NCBI GenBank assembly: GCA_051646395.1
Contig: JBOFCW010000068.1
Location: forward strand, 1 to 34,316
Origin: Bacteroidales bacterium
GTDB taxonomy: Bacteria > Bacteroidota > Bacteroidia > Bacteroidales > JAUNSR01
Direction of reading: 5' to 3'
Length of the DNA stretch: 34,316 nt
This document shows positions 8,367 to 23,947 of the stretch, piece by piece. The position numbers and the translations under genes were made by a program. Positions within the stretch are counted from its first letter, which is position 1. Every line of letters begins with the position of its first letter. The notes under the pieces were generated by a model. That model made no database searches, was not told the DNA's origin, and saw nothing but the letters and a program-made list of their open reading frames with translations.

Positions 8367-11300
8367 ATGAAAGGTAACATAAAATCATCCGTTGCTTTTC
8401 TTGTTTTCCTCTTCTGTCCGTTTATCGCGGTAATGGCACAGATCATGGTGAAAGGAAAAGTCACAGATAAAACAGGAGAATGCATTATCGGAGCGAATAT
8501 CCTGGTAAAAGGAACAACAAACGGTACGACAACCGATATCGACGGTGATTATTCGATCAATGTAGCCGATGATAAAGCCGTTTTGGTTTTTTCCTACATC
8601 GGTACGCAGAACCAGGAGAAGACAGTAGGTAAAAACCGTGTCATCAATGTAACACTGGATGAGAACACTGAGGTGCTCGACGAAGTAGTCGTAGTCGGTT
8701 ACGGTACGGTACGAAAAGGCGACCTGACGGGAGCTATCTCTTCAATCAAACCGGATGAAAACGAAGCTTCGAAAGTAGTGTCTGTCGATAACCTTTTGCA
8801 GGGGAAAATCGCGGGTGTTTCTGTAGGAAGTGCGGTAGCAGCTCCCGGAGCAGCATCATCTGTAACGATTCGTGGTGCGAATTCGTTGCGCGGTGATAAC
8901 CAGCCGTTGTATGTGATCGACAATATCCCGCAGGCATCTACAGGAGAGTTTGCAGCAAGTGCTTTCGGTAGCGGTGATTTCCAGATTGCTCAGAATCCGC
9001 TGACCAGCTTGAATCCGCAGGATATCGAGGATATCCAGGTGTTGAAAGATGCTTCGGCAACGGCAATCTATGGTTCGCGCGGTGCGAACGGGGTAATCAT
9101 CATTACGACTAAAAAAGGAAAGAGCGGCAAAGCGAAGGTGAATGTGACAGCCAACTTTACGGTTGCTACTCCTACCAATATGAAAGATATGCTAAACCTG
9201 AATGAGTACGCTGCTTATCGTAACGAACAGGCTGGAAATGCCAAACAGTATTATCCGGTCGACGGGGAAATGCGTTACATCTTTTCCGGTTCGACTTATG
9301 ATCCGAACAATCCGGCTACTTACCGTATTCTTTCTTACAGAAACTGGCAGAGAGAGATCTACCGCAATGCTTTCTCGCAGAATTATGCGGCAACAGTAAG
9401 TGGTGGTACGGATAATACGACCTACTACATCTCGGCTTCATTCAAAGATATCAATGGTTTGGTAATGAATACGGGATTGAAACAAGGCGATTTGCGTGCG
9501 AATATTTCAACGAATATTTCGAAAAACGTAACCTTGAAAATGGCTTTGAACGGGTCGATCAAACAGAATGATATGATGTCGGGTGGCGACACGAAAGGGG
9601 GAGCGACCGGTTCGGTTACCCGTACGGCAATCGACTCTGCTCCTTATCTGATTCCGGATGACGAGCCGAACTTGTCGGCAGAACAGCGCACAACCGTATT
9701 TAGCTGGATCAACGACTACGATGATATCACAAAAGAAAAAACATTCCGCGGATCGATCGATCTTAACTGGAATATCAACAAAAACTTTTCTTACAATGCA
9801 CGTGTAGGGGGAGACTTGTTTATTCAGGACCGTGCAAGATGGTTCGGATTGCAGCTTTTCCGTGGTCAGAATGACAATGGTTCATTGGGTCTGACTAATC
9901 TGAATAAAGATCATTATACGGTTGAAAACCTGATCAACTACAAAGCGAAGATCGATCGTATCGTAAATATCAATGCAACAGTAGGGGTCACTTACGACGA
10001 TTATGCATTCGTAAATAAGATTACCAGTGCAAGAAACTTCGAGAACCACTCTTTCCGTACGAATGGTTTGCATATGGCGGGTGTAATCAATCAGGAACAA
10101 CCGATTCAGAAAGATTACCAATTGCTTTCTTACCTGGGACGTTTGAACCTCTCTTTTGCGGAGGGCAGATACTTGGCAACAGCGACATTCCGTGCCGACG
10201 GAACCAGTAAATTCGTTAAATCGAATCGTTGGGCTTACTTCCCTTCGGTAGCATTAGCCTGGCGTTTGGAGCAGGAGAGCTTCCTTCGTGACCAGGAGTG
10301 GCTGGATCAGCTGAAGTTGCGCCTGGGTTACGGTCAGACAGGTAACCAGTCGATCGATCCTTATAACAGCTTCTACGATTACAAGAAAAAAATCGACTAT
10401 GCTATCGCCAATGGTAATAAAGAACTGGCTCTGGCGGTAAGTAACCTGCAGAATGCTTATCTGAAATGGGAAACGACAACGTCTTATAGCGCGGGTATTG
10501 ATTTCGGATTCTGGAACAGCCGCTTGTCGGGATCGCTCGACTGGTATTACAAACAGACCAACGATTTGCTGATCGAACGTGCCGTATCGTTTACAACCGG
10601 TTTCAACAGTATCCTGATGAATCAGGGCGCTCTGAGCAACAACGGATTCGAGGTTTCGCTTAACGCTGATATCTTCCGTACGAAAGATTTTACATGGTCA
10701 GTATCGGGTAACATCGGTTTCAACGATTCTAAAATCAAAAAATTAGGTCTTCCTGCTTCGAATTTCGGAAACCAGGAGTATGTGGCTTACCTGGGGAATT
10801 CGATCGGCGACCATTTCGGAGTTGCGAATATCTTTATCGAGGGGCAGGCTCCGGGTCTGTTCTGGGGATACAAAACAGATGGCATCATCAATGAGGGAGA
10901 CGCCGTATTGCCTAACAAAGTTTCAACCAACACGAATCCGGGAAATATCAAATACGTCGACTCGAACGGCGACGGGCAGATCACGGAAGATGATAAGGTG
11001 ATCCTGGGTAATCCGAATCCGGATTTCACATATGGATTCCAGACTACAGTCAAATACAAAGACCTGACTCTGACAGCGGCCTTCAACGGGGTATACGGAA
11101 ATCAGATCCTGAATACGAACATCCGTTATGAAGAAATGCCATCACGCCAGACAGCAAATATGACGAAACGAGCACTAGAGGGTGCCTGGAGAGAAGGAAT
11201 GACCAACGCGCAATATCCATCGGTAAACAGTTCGATTGCCTCTCAGGCAGTTCTTGACCGGTATATCGAAGATGGTAGTTTCTTGCGTTGTTCGGACATT

Positions 11301-11519
11301 ACATTGAATTATTCGTTGCCTAAAAACCTGATTCAAAAAATCAGTTTCCAGTCTGTCAATGTATTCGCATCTGTTAAGAACGCATTCGTAGTGACAAACT
11401 ATTCAGGATATGATCCGGAGGTGAACACATTTGCTTTCGACGGTCTGAGACGCGGAATCGACATGAACTCATTCCCACAGGCGAGATCATTTATCTTTGG
11501 TTTAAATGTAACTTTCTAA
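8367..11519 (+). CDS. susC: SusC/RagA family TonB-dependent outer membrane transporter
   Basis: N-terminal extension (VKGKVTD...IIGANILVKGT), LDEVVVVGYG, plug motif LKDASATAIYGSRGANGVIIITTK, and terminal GLNVTF. Confidence 0.97.
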   Translation: MKGNIKSSVAFLVFLFCPFIAVMAQIMVKGKVTDKTGECIIGANILVKGTTNGTTTDIDGDYSINVADDKAVLVFSYIGTQNQEKTVGKNRVINVTLDENTEVLDEVVVVGYGTVRKGDLTGAISSIKPDENEASKVVSVDNLLQGKIAGVSVGSAVAAPGAASSVTIRGANSLRGDNQPLYVIDNIPQASTGEFAASAFGSGDFQIAQNPLTSLNPQDIEDIQVLKDASATAIYGSRGANGVIIITTKKGKSGKAKVNVTANFTVATPTNMKDMLNLNEYAAYRNEQAGNAKQYYPVDGEMRYIFSGSTYDPNNPATYRILSYRNWQREIYRNAFSQNYAATVSGGTDNTTYYISASFKDINGLVMNTGLKQGDLRANISTNISKNVTLKMALNGSIKQNDMMSGGDTKGGATGSVTRTAIDSAPYLIPDDEPNLSAEQRTTVFSWINDYDDITKEKTFRGSIDLNWNINKNFSYNARVGGDLFIQDRARWFGLQLFRGQNDNGSLGLTNLNKDHYTVENLINYKAKIDRIVNINATVGVTYDDYAFVNKITSARNFENHSFRTNGLHMAGVINQEQPIQKDYQLLSYLGRLNLSFAEGRYLATATFRADGTSKFVKSNRWAYFPSVALAWRLEQESFLRDQEWLDQLKLRLGYGQTGNQSIDPYNSFYDYKKKIDYAIANGNKELALAVSNLQNAYLKWETTTSYSAGIDFGFWNSRLSGSLDWYYKQTNDLLIERAVSFTTGFNSILMNQGALSNNGFEVSLNADIFRTKDFTWSVSGNIGFNDSKIKKLGLPASNFGNQEYVAYLGNSIGDHFGVANIFIEGQAPGLFWGYKTDGIINEGDAVLPNKVSTNTNPGNIKYVDSNGDGQITEDDKVILGNPNPDFTYGFQTTVKYKDLTLTAAFNGVYGNQILNTNIRYEEMPSRQTANMTKRALEGAWREGMTNAQYPSVNSSIASQAVLDRYIEDGSFLRCSDITLNYSLPKNLIQKISFQSVNVFASVKNAFVVTNYSGYDPEVNTFAFDGLRRGIDMNSFPQARSFIFGLNVTF

Positions 11520-11532
11520 GACTTCACCTTTT

Positions 11533-13233
11533 ATGAGAATAACTAAATATTTGTGCTTCTCGTTAGCACTAGCATCACTTTCATCATGCTTGGATGAAAA
11601 CCCACTTTACTCACTCAACAGTGAGAGTACATTCGAAGATGTACGTACGGCAGAATTGGCCATGAAAGGTTGTTACGGTTACATGACTACCTACGATGCT
11701 TTCGGGCAGGCCGGGCAGGAGCTCCTTTCGGGAGCATCCGGCCTGGGTTGGGCACAAACAAGTGCCAGCGATCAGGACCGTTTCGCTTCAATGGATGCTT
11801 CTTCGGCTTGTGTGATTACGAAGATGTTCTGGAGCGGGATGTATAAAACAATCAGTGAGTGTTGCTTTTTTATCCATAACATGGAAAAATCGCCCCTTGC
11901 CGAGGCGGACAAGGCTTATCTCGTCGCTCAGGCAAAATTCCTTCGCGGACTTGCATACTACAACCTGGTGACCACTTACGGAGGTGTTCCTTTGCGTGTG
12001 GATGCTCCTACTTCATTGACGCTTTCTATCCCGAGAGCTTCTGAAGAGGAAGTTTACGCCCAGATCGAGAAAGACTGGATGGAATCCGCACAAGGATTGA
12101 AAGAGAAGGATCAGAAAGGACTGGCTTCACGTCCGGCAGCCTATGCTTATCTGGCAAAACTTTACTGGACGTTGGGATCGAAAGAGAACAATGCATCTTC
12201 ACCATACTGGAAGAAAGCACAAGCTTACTGTGATTCGGTTTATCAAAAAGGTGGATTCGCTCTTGAACGTAAGTTCGAAAATGTATTTGTAAACCATTAC
12301 CAGGCGGATGAATCTATTTTTCAGTTGAATTTTTCAACATCTTCTTCTACAACAGGAAACCGGGGGAACTGGATTTTCGCACCACAGAATTCAACGGAAA
12401 AAGGAATCTCATGGGGACGTATCCGGGCAACGAAAGCGTTTCATGATTTGTTCAAGGGGACTTATCCAACCGACCCGCGTTATGATGCGACTTTCCTTAG
12501 CGAATGGGTGAATCGCGGTAACGGGGAAAAACAATATGCTTATCCTACGATTTCATACAAAGAAGGAAGAAAAACAATAGTAGAGACTCTTGATTACTCA
12601 AAACTGGAGGATCCTACGAATCCAAAAATCGAGGAGTTGTCTACTATGCAAAGAAATCGTTTATGTGGACCGAAAGGAGAAAATAACGGTTGGGCTTATT
12701 TCAAGAAAAGCTATGACTACGTTTCAGAAGCCCAGAACTGCAATAAAAACCTGATTTTGTACCGCTATGCCGACTTCCTGTTGTTGATGGCCGATGTGGA
12801 GAATGAACTGGGAAATACATCTAAAGCGATCGGACTGGTTAATCAGGTATTGTCGAGAGCCCGTAATTCGGTGACTCCGGCGGCGGCAGATCCTGCCGAT
12901 TGGGATATGGGGCTATCACAGGATCAGGTAAGAACCAAAATCTATTACGAACGATTATTCGAGCTTGCCGGTGAGCCGACGATGTATATGGATGTGCGCA
13001 GACGCGGCGGAGATTATATCAAAAGTATCGCTGAGCTGAATAACCGTCATCATATCACGTATTCTCTGGCCACATCCGATACCGTGGGTATCCATAAATT
13101 CAGAGACCGTATTTTTAACAATGGAAATATTTCCGCGGATTTCCTTAAAAAGAATCTTGTTCTACCAATCCCTCAGGAAGAAATCAATACCAATGAATTG
13201 ATTTCGGTTAAAGACCAGAATTTCGGTTATTAA
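11533..13233 (+). CDS. susD: SusD/RagB family glycan-binding lipoprotein
   Basis: Lipobox LSS-C followed by LDE. Motifs AKFLRGLAYYNLV..YGGVPL, RYADFLLLMAD, ERLFELAGE and LPIPQEEI. Lies directly after susC. Confidence 0.95.
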   Translation: MRITKYLCFSLALASLSSCLDENPLYSLNSESTFEDVRTAELAMKGCYGYMTTYDAFGQAGQELLSGASGLGWAQTSASDQDRFASMDASSACVITKMFWSGMYKTISECCFFIHNMEKSPLAEADKAYLVAQAKFLRGLAYYNLVTTYGGVPLRVDAPTSLTLSIPRASEEEVYAQIEKDWMESAQGLKEKDQKGLASRPAAYAYLAKLYWTLGSKENNASSPYWKKAQAYCDSVYQKGGFALERKFENVFVNHYQADESIFQLNFSTSSSTTGNRGNWIFAPQNSTEKGISWGRIRATKAFHDLFKGTYPTDPRYDATFLSEWVNRGNGEKQYAYPTISYKEGRKTIVETLDYSKLEDPTNPKIEELSTMQRNRLCGPKGENNGWAYFKKSYDYVSEAQNCNKNLILYRYADFLLLMADVENELGNTSKAIGLVNQVLSRARNSVTPAAADPADWDMGLSQDQVRTKIYYERLFELAGEPTMYMDVRRRGGDYIKSIAELNNRHHITYSLATSDTVGIHKFRDRIFNNGNISADFLKKNLVLPIPQEEINTNELISVKDQNFGY

Positions 13234-13243
13234 TCTACCTGAC

Positions 13244-13283
13244 AATCCGGGTAAGTTGTTTTATGACAGAATTTACCCGGATT
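13244..13283 (+). other. Strong stem-loop after susD (partial terminator or mRNA stabiliser)
   Basis: AATCCGGGTAA (13244-13254) / TTACCCGGATT (13273-13283), extendable inward, with only a short T tail. Confidence 0.65.
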
Positions 13284-13325
13284 TCTATCACATCATGTTT
13301 GTTTAAACGTATAAGCTGTTTTCGT

Positions 13326-14870
13326 ATGCATTCCTATTCTACTCTTTCCGTTGGTTCCTTATTGACATTGTCCTTGTTGAGCGGCTGTCAGTCACAATCG
13401 AAAGAACAAACCAAACCTTTGAATATCCTTTTTATCATGACCGATGACCATACTTCTCAGATGATGAGTTGTTATGACAAAAGGCATGTGGAAACGCCCA
13501 ATCTCGATCGTATCGCTGAGAACGGAGTACGGTTTACCCGCAGTTTTGTAGCGAATTCGATCAGTGGTCCCAGCCGGGCCTGTATGTTGACAGGAAAACA
13601 TAGTCATGCCAACGGATTTATCGATAATACGACATGTGTATTCGACAGCTCACAACAGACTTTTCCTAAACTTTTACGCAAAGCAGGGTATCAGACCGCG
13701 GTAGTCGGAAAATGGCACCTGGAAAGTTTACCCTCCGGATTCGATTACTGGACCGTGGTTCCCGGCCAGGGAGACTACTACAATCCGGATCTGATCACGC
13801 AGGATAACGATACCGTACGGCATACCGGATATCTGACGAATATCGTTACAGATTTAAGTCTCGACTGGCTACAGACCAAAAGAGATCCGGCTAAACCATT
13901 CTGTTTATTGGTTCATCACAAGGCGATTCACCGCAACTGGATGGCTGATACGACTTATCTGAATCTATATGAAGACAAAGTCTTCGACCTGCCGGCTAAC
14001 TTTTATGATGATTATGCCAACCGTCCGGCAGCTGCAGCTCAGGAAATGTCTATTCTGAACGATATGGATGTGATTTATGACCTGAAGATGTATCATCCGG
14101 ATAAGCAAAGTCGCTGGAAAGTTTGGTTCGAGTCTTTTTACGGACGAATGAATCCGGCCGAAAAAGCTGCATGGGATCGCTTTTACGATCCGATCATAGC
14201 AGACTTTTACAAAAGGGATCTGCAGGGAAAAGAACTTGCCGAATGGAAATACCAACGCTATATGCGTGATTATTGCAAAACGCTGAAATCGCTTGATGAG
14301 AACGTTGGCCGGGTATTGGATTATCTTGAGCAAAATGACCTGATGGAGAATACATTGGTCGTTTATACATCCGATCAGGGATTCTATATGGGAGAGCATG
14401 GATGGTTCGACAAACGATTCATGTACGAGCAGTCAATGCATACTCCGCTGATCATGCATCTTCCGAAAGGATTCGATCGCAAAGGCGACATAACCGATCT
14501 TGTTCAGAACATCGATTATGCTCCCACTTTTCTGGAATTGGCTGGTGTCGAAATTCCGGAAGATATACAAGGCGTTTCCTTGTTGCCGCTTTTGAAAGAT
14601 GAAAAACCGCAGGAGTGGAGAAAAGGGCTTTATTATCATTTTTATGAATATCCGGCCGAACATATGGTAAAACGGCATTACGGAATCCGTACGGATCACT
14701 ACAAACTTATCCATTTCTACAATGACATCGACCAGTGGGAATTGTATGACCTGCAAGCCGATCCGGATGAGATGAACAATCTTTATGGCGATCCGCAATA
14801 TGATGCGGTGGTAGCCGGCCTGAAAAAAGAATTAAAGAATTTACAACAGGAGTATAAAGCTCCTGTTTAA
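13326..14870 (+). CDS. S1 family Ser-type sulfatase lipoprotein, resembling GlcNAc-6-sulfatases (S1_11-like)
   Basis: NILFIMTDDH, S-G-P-S-R formylglycine motif, GKWHL, SDQGFYMGEHGWFDKRFMYE. Lipobox LSG-C at residue 21 when started at ATG 13326; ATG 13263 lies inside the hairpin. The subfamily is recalled similarity, not searched. Confidence 0.88.
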   Translation: MHSYSTLSVGSLLTLSLLSGCQSQSKEQTKPLNILFIMTDDHTSQMMSCYDKRHVETPNLDRIAENGVRFTRSFVANSISGPSRACMLTGKHSHANGFIDNTTCVFDSSQQTFPKLLRKAGYQTAVVGKWHLESLPSGFDYWTVVPGQGDYYNPDLITQDNDTVRHTGYLTNIVTDLSLDWLQTKRDPAKPFCLLVHHKAIHRNWMADTTYLNLYEDKVFDLPANFYDDYANRPAAAAQEMSILNDMDVIYDLKMYHPDKQSRWKVWFESFYGRMNPAEKAAWDRFYDPIIADFYKRDLQGKELAEWKYQRYMRDYCKTLKSLDENVGRVLDYLEQNDLMENTLVVYTSDQGFYMGEHGWFDKRFMYEQSMHTPLIMHLPKGFDRKGDITDLVQNIDYAPTFLELAGVEIPEDIQGVSLLPLLKDEKPQEWRKGLYYHFYEYPAEHMVKRHYGIRTDHYKLIHFYNDIDQWELYDLQADPDEMNNLYGDPQYDAVVAGLKKELKNLQQEYKAPV

Positions 14871-14886
14871 TGAATATATCCTGACT

Positions 14887-20269
<5,383 letters not shown>

Positions 20270-20279
20270 TATCTATGTT

Positions 20280-22151
20280 ATGAGGCGATTCATCACAACT
20301 TACACGTTGGCTACACTGCTTTTATGCGGTTGTAGCCAACAGAAAGAAACTTATTATACCAAACACCTCGTTTTTCCGGCGGATGCTACGAGCGAACAAA
20401 AGGTAGATATGGCCTCACGGCTGGTTCCTTCTGCGCAACAACTGGCATGGCAGCAACTCGAACTGACCGCATTTCTTCACTTCGGGATAAATACCTTCAC
20501 CGGCAGAGAATGGGGAAATGGACAAGAAGATCCGGCTTTGTTTGATCCAACGGCCCTGGATGCGGGGCAATGGGTGAAATCATTGAAAGATGCCGGATTC
20601 AAAATGGCGATTCTTACGGCGAAACACCACGACGGATTTTGTTTGTGGCCAACAGCGACAACGCATCATTCGGTAGCTTCGTCTCCCTGGAAAAACGGAG
20701 CCGGAGATGTGGTGAAAGAGTTGCGGGATGCATGTGATAAATACGATATGAAATTCGGGGTTTATCTTTCTCCATGGGACCGGAATGCTTCTTGTTATGG
20801 AGATTCTCCCGAATACAACCGATTCTTTATCGAGCAGCTCACCGAACTACTTACGAATTACGGCGAAATACATGAAGTGTGGTTCGACGGTGCTTGCGGA
20901 GAAGGCCCGAATGGAAAGAAACAGGAATATGACTGGGATTCGTTTTACCAAACCATCACACGCCTGCAACCCAATGCGGTGATGGCGATCATGGGTGATG
21001 ATGTACGCTGGGTAGGAAATGAAAAAGGACTGGGGCGCCCGACGGAGTGGAGTGCTACTGCACTGACCCCCGGTATTTACCGTCGTTCGGCAGAGCAAAA
21101 CAAATCCCTCGGACTGTTTTCCAAATCGCCCGATTTGGGTGGACGGGAAATCATCCAAAAGGCATCCGAGTTATTCTGGTATCCTTCTGAGGTGGATGTT
21201 TCAATTCGTCCGGGATGGTTCTACCATGAAAAGGAAGATGACAAAGTGAAGTCATTGCCTCACCTGGTTGATATTTATTTTCAGTCTGTAGGCTATAATT
21301 CGGTTTTGCTTTTGAATATACCACCTGATAAACGCGGATTGATTCATGAAAATGATGTGAAGCGGCTGAAAGAGATGTCGGTTTATCTGAATGAAACATT
21401 CTCGAAAAACCATCTGAAGCAAAATCAGGAATGGAAGGCACAACCGGGAAGTTCGAAAGAGTTCGCTCTTGTTCCTGATTCCCGTATCAATACCATTTTG
21501 CTGCAGGAAGATATCCGGAAAGGACAGCGGGTAGAACGCTTCGTTATCGAATCGTTCGAAAACGGAAGCTGGAGAACACTCGAAGAGGGGACTACGATCG
21601 GTTATAAACGCCTGATCCGTTTTCCTGAAACAACAACGGATAAGATCCGGCTGACGATTGCGGAATCCCGCAACGCCGCAAATATATCGAATGTAGCGGC
21701 TTATTATGCTCGTCCGCTGCAAGATGCGACAGCCGCAGAAAAGCTAAGTGATCTTGCAGTTGAAACCTGGATGCCGGTCGGTGTTTCGGGCGACGCGAAA
21801 AAGGCGATCGATGCCAATGCTTCTACGGCATGGAAGGCGAATGCGCTGACTGCTTTTGTCGTGGATATGGGTAAACCGGAGCCGGTCAAAGGATTTGTTT
21901 ATGCTCCTGTTCAGCAGGAAGACAAAACAGGAACCATCTTCAAGTATAATTTTTACGTAAGTGAGAATGGGAAAGAATGGACGAAATGTGCTTGTTCGGG
22001 TGAATTCAGTAACATCATGCATAATCCGATTCCGCAATATGTACGTTTCGAACAACCTTATTCAGCCCGGTATTTCAAGCTTGAACCAGTGCGGGAAATC
22101 GAGGGCAGAGAATCGACATCGATAGGTGAAATCGGTATTCTTACAAAATAA
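20280..22151 (+). CDS. GH29 alpha-L-fucosidase lipoprotein with C-terminal F5/8-type domains
   Basis: FLHFGINTF, LTAKHHDGFCLW, YLSPWD, EVWFDGA (nucleophile), DVSIRPGWFYH, and lipobox LCG-C. Confidence 0.93.
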   Translation: MRRFITTYTLATLLLCGCSQQKETYYTKHLVFPADATSEQKVDMASRLVPSAQQLAWQQLELTAFLHFGINTFTGREWGNGQEDPALFDPTALDAGQWVKSLKDAGFKMAILTAKHHDGFCLWPTATTHHSVASSPWKNGAGDVVKELRDACDKYDMKFGVYLSPWDRNASCYGDSPEYNRFFIEQLTELLTNYGEIHEVWFDGACGEGPNGKKQEYDWDSFYQTITRLQPNAVMAIMGDDVRWVGNEKGLGRPTEWSATALTPGIYRRSAEQNKSLGLFSKSPDLGGREIIQKASELFWYPSEVDVSIRPGWFYHEKEDDKVKSLPHLVDIYFQSVGYNSVLLLNIPPDKRGLIHENDVKRLKEMSVYLNETFSKNHLKQNQEWKAQPGSSKEFALVPDSRINTILLQEDIRKGQRVERFVIESFENGSWRTLEEGTTIGYKRLIRFPETTTDKIRLTIAESRNAANISNVAAYYARPLQDATAAEKLSDLAVETWMPVGVSGDAKKAIDANASTAWKANALTAFVVDMGKPEPVKGFVYAPVQQEDKTGTIFKYNFYVSENGKEWTKCACSGEFSNIMHNPIPQYVRFEQPYSARYFKLEPVREIEGRESTSIGEIGILTK

Positions 22152-22152
22152 T

Positions 22153-23598
22153 ATGAAGCTAATTACGATGCAAAACACAAACAGATTAGGCCTGCTTTTC
22201 GCAGGCCTTACTGCGTTTATGCCACTTATGGCCAAACAGCAGAAGAAAACCATGCAGAAACCCAATGTCCTGTTCATTCTTGCTGATGATCTGGGATATG
22301 GCGATTTGAGTTGCTACGGACAGGAAAAATTCGACACACCGAATATCGATCGTCTTGCTTTGAACGGGATGCGTTTCACGCAGTGTTATTCGGGCACAAC
22401 GGTCAGTGCGCCGTCTCGTTCGGCTTTGCTTACCGGTATGCATACCGGGCACACTTTTGTGCGCGGAAATAAAGAGATGAAGCCGGAAGGTCAATTCCCG
22501 CTCCCGGCAGACACATACACGATTTTCCGCTTATTCCGTGACGCCGGCTATACCACAGGAGCTTTTGGTAAATGGGGATTGGGGGGAATCGGCACGAGCG
22601 GCGATCCGAATGCGCTGGGAGTGGATAATTTCTACGGATATAATTGCCAGCTGTTGGCGCATAACTATTATCCCGATCATCTATGGGAAAACGATACCCG
22701 GATCGAATTGGCAGATAATAAAGATAAGGGCACGGGATCGTATGCTCAGGATCTGATTCATGAGAAAGCAATCGCTTTTCTGGAAAGCCAGAATGAAGAG
22801 CAACCGTTTTTTATGTATTATCCCGCAGTTCTTCCGCATGCGGAGCTGATCGTGCCGGAAGATAGCATCATACGGAAATTCAGAGGTAAATATCCGGAAA
22901 CGCCTTTTAAAGGGGTTGATAACGGATGTCGTTGTGGTGAATATTGTTCTCAGGTTTATCCCCGGGCAACCTTTGCAGCAATGGTATATCGCCTCGACGT
23001 TTATGTCGGACAATTGATCGCAAAGTTGAAGGAGCAGGGTTTGTATGATAACACATTGATTGTTTTTACCAGTGATAATGGTCCTCACCAGGAAGGTGGG
23101 GCTGATCCGGTATTTTTTAATGGAAACGGGATCTATCGCGGGTTTAAGCGTGATTTGTATGAAGGTGGAATCCGGGTACCGATGATCGTGTCGTGGCCGG
23201 GCCGGATAAGTCCGGGAACGGAAACTTCTTTCATGTGTTCTTTCTGGGATATGATGCCTACTTTCCGCGAAATGATCGGCGCAAAAACGAAAAATAAAGA
23301 AGATGGTTTGAGCATTTATCCTTTGCTTACCGGAACGAAAGGGCAAAAAGAACATGAATATCTTTATTTCGAATTTCAAGAGCTGGGAGGAAGACAGGCT
23401 TTGCGCCGGGGAGACTGGAAGCTGTTGCATCTGAATATCCGGAATAAACCGGTTTATGAACTGTATAATATCGCAGCAGATCCGCAGGAAAAATACAACC
23501 GTATCGCGGAATATCCGGAGATTGCCAACGACTTGAAATCATTGATGAGTCAGGCGCGGACTTCTGATTCGAACTGGCCTTTATTGCCCGGCGAATGA
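22153..23598 (+). CDS. S1 family Ser-type sulfatase, resembling Gal/GalNAc-3-sulfatases (S1_20-like)
   Basis: PNVLFILADDLGYGD, S-A-P-S-R motif, GKWGLG, SDNGPHQEGG and KRDLYEGGIRVP. Start is ATG 22153 or 22168. The subfamily is recalled similarity only. Confidence 0.88.
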   Translation: MKLITMQNTNRLGLLFAGLTAFMPLMAKQQKKTMQKPNVLFILADDLGYGDLSCYGQEKFDTPNIDRLALNGMRFTQCYSGTTVSAPSRSALLTGMHTGHTFVRGNKEMKPEGQFPLPADTYTIFRLFRDAGYTTGAFGKWGLGGIGTSGDPNALGVDNFYGYNCQLLAHNYYPDHLWENDTRIELADNKDKGTGSYAQDLIHEKAIAFLESQNEEQPFFMYYPAVLPHAELIVPEDSIIRKFRGKYPETPFKGVDNGCRCGEYCSQVYPRATFAAMVYRLDVYVGQLIAKLKEQGLYDNTLIVFTSDNGPHQEGGADPVFFNGNGIYRGFKRDLYEGGIRVPMIVSWPGRISPGTETSFMCSFWDMMPTFREMIGAKTKNKEDGLSIYPLLTGTKGQKEHEYLYFEFQELGGRQALRRGDWKLLHLNIRNKPVYELYNIAADPQEKYNRIAEYPEIANDLKSLMSQARTSDSNWPLLPGE

Positions 23599-23649
23599 GA
23601 ATAGATCCTTTCTGATTTGGTTTTAGTCTAATATCTGTCCGAATGACAG

Positions 23650-23731
23650 CCCCTCCGCAGGAGACTCACATGTCCTCCGCTGAAGACTCACGTGTCCTCT
23701 GCGGAGGACATGTGAGTCTTCAGCGGAGGGG
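23650..23731. repeat. REP-like palindromic element built from 22-bp units
   Basis: Unit CCTCCGCwGrAGACTCACrTGT at 23652-23673 and 23674-23695, centre CCTCTGCGGAGG, and an inverted unit at 23708-23729. Ends are CCCCTCCGC / GCGGAGGGG. Confidence 0.85.
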
Positions 23732-23872
23732 TGCTTCCGGCAATAGAAGCAAACATTCGACAATTCCTGTTTTGAAGAAAAATGGAAGTTTTAAAGGCTT
23801 GTGTGTCACTATTTTAAGATTAGGGTAGATTCATTGTCTATAAAATTATGATTGAATAATTCTGAGAGGTAC

Positions 23873-23929
23873 AACAAAAAGAAAGAGGAATCCGCGTTCG
23901 TTTTGAATCGGAATCCTCTTTTTTTTGTT
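23873..23929. terminator. Bidirectional intrinsic terminator between convergent sulfatase genes
   Basis: AAAGAGGAATCCG ... CGGAATCCTCTTT stem with one mismatch, flanked by A- and T-runs. Confidence 0.8.
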
Positions 23930-23947
23930 ATTTATCCGGAGCAATTA

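Noticed and set aside
10957-10995. EF-hand-like DSNGDGQITEDD in SusC
   Set aside because: A common loop motif in SusC proteins.
23643-23828. 61-aa ORF and possible mini-CRISPR reading of the repeat
   Set aside because: The ORF is a translation of the repeat. The units abut without spacers, one is inverted, and no cas genes are present.
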